Below, piece by piece: positions 59,001-64,000 of a DNA stretch of 64,000 nucleotides. The notes under the pieces were generated by a model that was not told the origin of the DNA, did not search any database, and saw only the letters and a list, made by a program, of their open reading frames with translations. Positions within the stretch are counted from its first letter, which is position 1; each line of letters opens with the position of its first letter. The stretch is from assembly GCA_051313645.2 (NCBI GenBank), contig JBNRSN020000010.1, forward strand, positions 11,222,001-11,286,000, in the 5' to 3' direction. Position numbers and translations under genes: made by a program. This stretch comes from Centroscyllium fabricii (Eukaryota).

Positions 59001-62000
59001 AATCAAAATGTTCTCAAAATTGAAAACAGAAAATAGGAAGCATAGGATAAATGTTAGCTACAAATTGAGCGGAGTGCCAGGTGAATACAAACGATGAAGC
59101 GTTTTGATGAAGTAAATTCGAAGAGACTATACCCAGGAGCCGACTTATCGGTAACCAAATGACATATAAAAACATACGATCCTGCCTCGCCATTCAATGC
59201 GATCATAGTTGATCCTCTGCCTCATTTCCATTCACCGGCCTTATCGCCATATGAGAGATTTAAGGCAAATGGCATAAAAGGCAGCGGGACAAAGAGGTAA
59301 AAATTATTGAAAAAATAAGTAGCAGATGACTGGGACTAATTGGTTATCTCTGTCAAAGAGCCGGTACAGGCACGTTGGGGCAAATGGCTTCCTTCTGCAC
59401 TGTACAATTCTGGGGCTGTATGATTGTCTGATCACCGTGGAAGTGTTCTTAGTGATTGGCAGAATAAGGAATAATTTTAACAAATGCTGCACAAAGAAAG
59501 CGGGTAGAATGATTGTGGGAAGCGGATATGGAATCTTGAACTATCTTTGGGAGATGTGGGTTCACAGTAAAAAGCTCAGACAGCACAGAAAGACACAATT
59601 TCACGTGAACCCTCCACGAGGCCGTTCTCATCCATTACCACTAACCGTTACGCAAGGGTGAAATGATATTTATTTGCTTCAATTAAAATTTGAATAAATC
59701 AGAACAGTATGGCATTTTTATTATTGCCAGTGATTCAATTAAAGCGCATCATGCACTGTATCCAATCATTAAAATACACAACTCCCAGAATGCAGCATCG
59801 TATTTGTGCACAGAATTCTGTGCATCTCTCAATTCTGCAATGCAGCATAACCCCGACGCTACACCTCTTTAGTCCAATACCTCAGTGAAGATTTCAAGGA
59901 GTGACTTAAAGTTCCGTCAGATTCCGCAGTATATATTTTAAAGATAATAGAACCCAGCTATGAAACAACGGGATCGGCACGTCTTGGGAAAATACTTTGA
60001 TTCACAACACAGGACCCTCCGTGCATTTTTTGATGCTATGTGGCCCTTCAAGAAAGCACAAAATAATTTCTTTTTTTAATTCAATGGTGTGCTTGTAACT
60101 GATTCTCCAACTATGGATTTGTTACAGTAGGGACAGGCACCGCAGATTATCCCATTAACAGCTGAGGATGATTATGATAAAAAAGCAATTTAACAAAATA
60201 AAGTTTAATAATCGAGATCCCAGTATTGCCACCTAAACTGCAGTAATTATAATGACAGGTGTATTAGATTTGCAGGTCTTTTTTTGATGCAATTCGCTTC
60301 GTTCCAGATACTTTCTTGCTTTCTTCGTTGTATATCTTGATTGTTTATCTACTTAGATTGAACTTCATCAGTTTACCTTTGACTGTATTATGCAGCAGAT
60401 AGATTTTGCAGTTTGTTTAGTGAAGATTATGTTTGTCATGTGATAAAATTTCGAGAACATAGTTGTCATCTTAAGAAGCAGATAATTTGGTTTGTGCCGA
60501 ATGCCCCTCCTGGTGTTTCTGTAAATAACTTAGAGGATACAATTTCCCAATGAGCTGAAACGTTCTGCCCGGCTTACCGTCTAAATCTTAATTTCACATT
60601 TTGTACTGGTAGATATGTATGATTGGACTCCTTGCCAGAACGAAGAATTTTGCAATCTCGACATTCTCCTTGCAGCAGTAAAACTGACATTAGTGGAAGT
60701 TTCCACTTTTCTAAACTTAGAAAGCAGGATTTTCTATAATTTCTTCAAAAGGGCAATTGTGAATAACTAAAATCTCTGGGAATGAGCAATTGACAAATAA
60801 AGTGCGGATATATGCTTTAAATGATTAGGTTACCAGAATTGTTCTCACAGTCCAAGGGCGGCAAGTCCAGCACTTCCTGGGACAACAATAACAAGTTTAT
60901 TTTGAACTCTATTCTTCTGACATCGAGGAGCCATCCTCGAACAAAGGAGAGACCGGGAACAGGCAGATTGCCAGAACCCGTGAAACTGGGCATTCGCAAA
61001 GCGTGGAAGCCGACAGAAACAAAGGAAACTGGGAGGCCGGGTTCATGATGAGAAGGAGAGCGGGAAGTATTGAACAAGTCAATAGGCAGAGAAAGTGCCA
61101 CTTTGAATTAATAAAATAACAATCTTATTTTGATTACACTTTTAAATACCGGTCCGTGAAATGATATTAAGAGCGAATCGACAACATCGTTAAGCACACG
61201 AACATAAGACATTGGAGAATGTATTTAACGACCAGAAGAGTAACCGATCCCAGAATTCAGATGGGAAAACCAAAAATATTGGGTGCAAGATTAAAACATT
61301 TCTAATATATTCTTTGCTTCTTCTTAAGTAAATCATAATTCAACTGGAAATGGTCTAACTTCATGTCTTCAAAAACATGGTTCAAGCCATAATGCATTGG
61401 GACATCTTTAATCAGAAGATGGAGATATATTCCCGTCTCTATTCCCAGTGAAATTAGTGATCTTTCTTGGTAGCTGGATAAGCATATGACGGAGAAAGGA
61501 TATGGTAATAGGCTTAGCTGAATAGGGGTGGGTGGAGGTTGCTGTGGAGAATAACGCGTGCTTAGACTAGTGCGGCAGCATAAGGCTGTATGTGTTCCAG
61601 ATGCTATGTAATTATATTTAATATTTGTTCTTTACACCTACAATAAGATCACCTGTATGATTTCGCAAGGAGTACAAACCGGGAAATGGGCTGAATTGAA
61701 AGTGCGTCGCGGTATATGGTTTCACGAGAGACGCCGGACTGTATTGTCCATCCCTAGTTGCACTTGTGAAGATGGTGGTGGACCATATTCTTCAAGCGCT
61801 GCATTCTGTGTGATGATTGTATTCCAACAATGCGGTAGGTAGGGAGATCCAGGATTTTGACGCAGCGGCAATGATGGAACAGCGATATATATATAAGTTT
61901 GGATGGCATCTGATGAGCAGAGAGACTCGGAGGTGATGCTGTTCCCGTGTACCTGATGTCTTGTCCTTCTAGTCGAGATCCCAGAGTGAGAGGTGCTGAC

Positions 62001-62479
62001 GAGGAAGCTTTGATGATAGACACTGCGGCCACGGTGCGCCTGTGACCTTTCATGTGGTTGATTTGATATAGTTTACCGTTATTTTGCTCAGTACGATATA
62101 TGTTGCCTTTTAGGTCACGTTCATTATGTCGTGTATCTGTTTTATAGTATTCTAGACTCCTTTAATTCTGAGTCCGATATCGATGGCTTGAGATCACAGA
62201 ACACATTGGTAGAGTGGTCACTCTGTGAGTTTCCATCCAATATACTTCGCAGAATATGTTTGAAGGGATTTTGCTCTCCGTAAAATTGAATAGCTGAGAC
62301 GCAATGTTTACAGCTGAATAGGTGATTTTTTTGGACGGAAGGCCTCCTATATTCGAGTGATTTCCTTTATTTTATCGGAGGGTTAGCATTCATGGTAAAA
62401 CGTTTAATATTCCCGTTAAAATGGCGAACAGATCGGATGCCAGAAAAAAACGGGAATTGCAACGGTTAATTCAGAAATC

Positions 62480-63215
62480 AGGGTCGAGAATTTCCGCTGT
62501 AGAGGCATCGCTCCTGTATATGGCTCCCACCCGATAAACATTTCCGAACCTCCCATAATGCGTCCAGGCTGCGGAGAGCTCCGGTCCCAGACTTCCAGGC
62601 GGCCGAAAGACCAAGGCTGAAAGAGGCAGGCTGTTCGGAAGCGTCAGTTGGATCACGTGAGCCTGGATCTGCAATCACAAGGAAGAATTCCCTTGCTTTC
62701 ATTTACGGAGGGAATCCCCATATGATATGAAATGAAATCGCCAAATAATTGCAGAATTTACTAATTTGCAATAAATATATGTAAACTGAATTTCAACGCT
62801 ATTCATATGTTCCTTCATTGCTCCAAATATACGAAAATATATTTTTTGATAAATGACTTTAAACGCCTTAATATTGCATAAAGATATTTAACGTGTATGT
62901 GCATACCTAGTTGATTTGTACTCGTCTAATTTAAGGCTTTTTTCTACCCTTATGCTTATTAAAGCAGACCCTGTTCCTGCCTTTACCAGTAGTAGGTGTC
63001 TGGTGGGCAATTGCTGGGGGGTTGTTGGGAAAATAGCCCAACACTGGCCAGCCATATTCATTTTACAGTCGGTCCGGCTTTTCGCTGAAGGTGTACATTG
63101 ACAGATCGCAAGTTCTGATTGCGGAAAACCAGATGTTGCGCGGCCTTCAACATGGATTAGGACGGCGCACGCTGAGCATATATCATTACGGAGACCACAA
63201 TATCAGGGGCAATAC
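62480..63215. mobile_element. Old Harbinger-like MITE remnant
   Basis: gggtcgagaatttccgc start, GC-rich arms around an AT-rich core, aatatcagggg end. Confidence 0.35.
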
Positions 63216-63299
63216 ATTCTACATGTAAATTTATTAAGTTCGTCCCTGATAGTCAAAGTTATTTGTGTATTGCTCCTTGTCCAAAGTTTGATAGTCTGG

Positions 63300-63860
63300 G
63301 AGCACATAAAAATGAAAGAGATTGAGCCACTCCAGCCTGCTTTGCTATTCCATTAGTTCATGGCTGATCTTTATCTCAACTCCCTTGTCCTCCCTTCATT
63401 CCATATATTCATTAATAACCTTACCATCAATGAAGTAGCTACCTCGCTCCTGAAAATTTAATTTGACCTAACCTCGACAGCTTCGTCGGTGGAAGTGTTG
63501 AGATAGTCCTCTGTGTGAACAAGTGCTTTCTTATGTCACTCCTGGAACTTTGCATATCTAATTTGAAGGAAATGCCCTATAATTCTGGACTCGCCCACAA
63601 GAGAACATTAGTTTATCTCCATTTAGCCAATCAAATTATGTAATTGTTCTACATACCACAATCAGATCACCTCTTCATCTTTTGCATTCAAGCAATTACA
63701 AAACTGTCCTGTATGCGAACTGCCCTCCTAAATTAATCCAGTTTAGCCCCGGTATAATTCTGGTGAATCTCAGTTGCAACAAATCTAAGATCAATATATC
63801 CTTCCTGAGGTGCGTTGCCCGGATTTGTGAGCAGTATTTCCAATGTTGTCCTGCCCAGAT
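63300..63860 (-). mobile_element. CR1 3' fragment
   Basis: HWKYCSQIRATHLRKDILILDLLQLRFTRIIPGL. Confidence 0.8.
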
Positions 63861-63879
63861 GTTTAAACTGCAATATATC

Positions 63880-64000
63880 TCGCATTGACTAATCTGCTGG
63901 AAAATTTTGAGGATGTAACTGGGAAAATTGATCAGGGAGAACAAGTAGATGTGGTATACTTGGACTTTCAGAAGGCGTGCAACAAGGTCCCGTACAAGAG
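63880..64000 (+). mobile_element. CR1 RT fragment (runs off the window)
   Basis: LTNLLENFEDVTGKIDQGEQVDVVYLDFQKACNKVP. Confidence 0.85.

Noticed and set aside
60821-61120. Purine-rich exon-like stretch after ttctcacag
   Set aside because: No recognisable domain, and every frame has an early stop or is short; cannot be supported.

Overview
Repeat-dense vertebrate genomic DNA, almost certainly from a cartilaginous fish (HER1-type CR1 LINEs, HE1/V-SINEs, DeuSINE, shark-type minisatellites and shark-type NACHT and GPR139-like genes). Most of the window is nested, decayed retroelements: CR1, L2, Rex1/Babar, Penelope-like elements carrying hammerhead ribozyme motifs, a Gypsy element, two solo LTRs and PIF/Harbinger-type MITEs. 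Host-gene content is: a two-exon GPR139/GPR142-like 7TM receptor with one 1-bp frameshift (52868-54692, +), a truncated NACHT (NLR) pseudogene exon (6401-7048, -), and four scattered exons of a dynamin/EHD-like GTPase pseudogene (28583-39433, -) that the ORF track mostly misses. An old inverted segmental duplication links 1-6015 with about 47920-50050. No prokaryotic features (no CRISPR, rRNA or operons). All family assignments come from motif recognition by eye; no database search was run.
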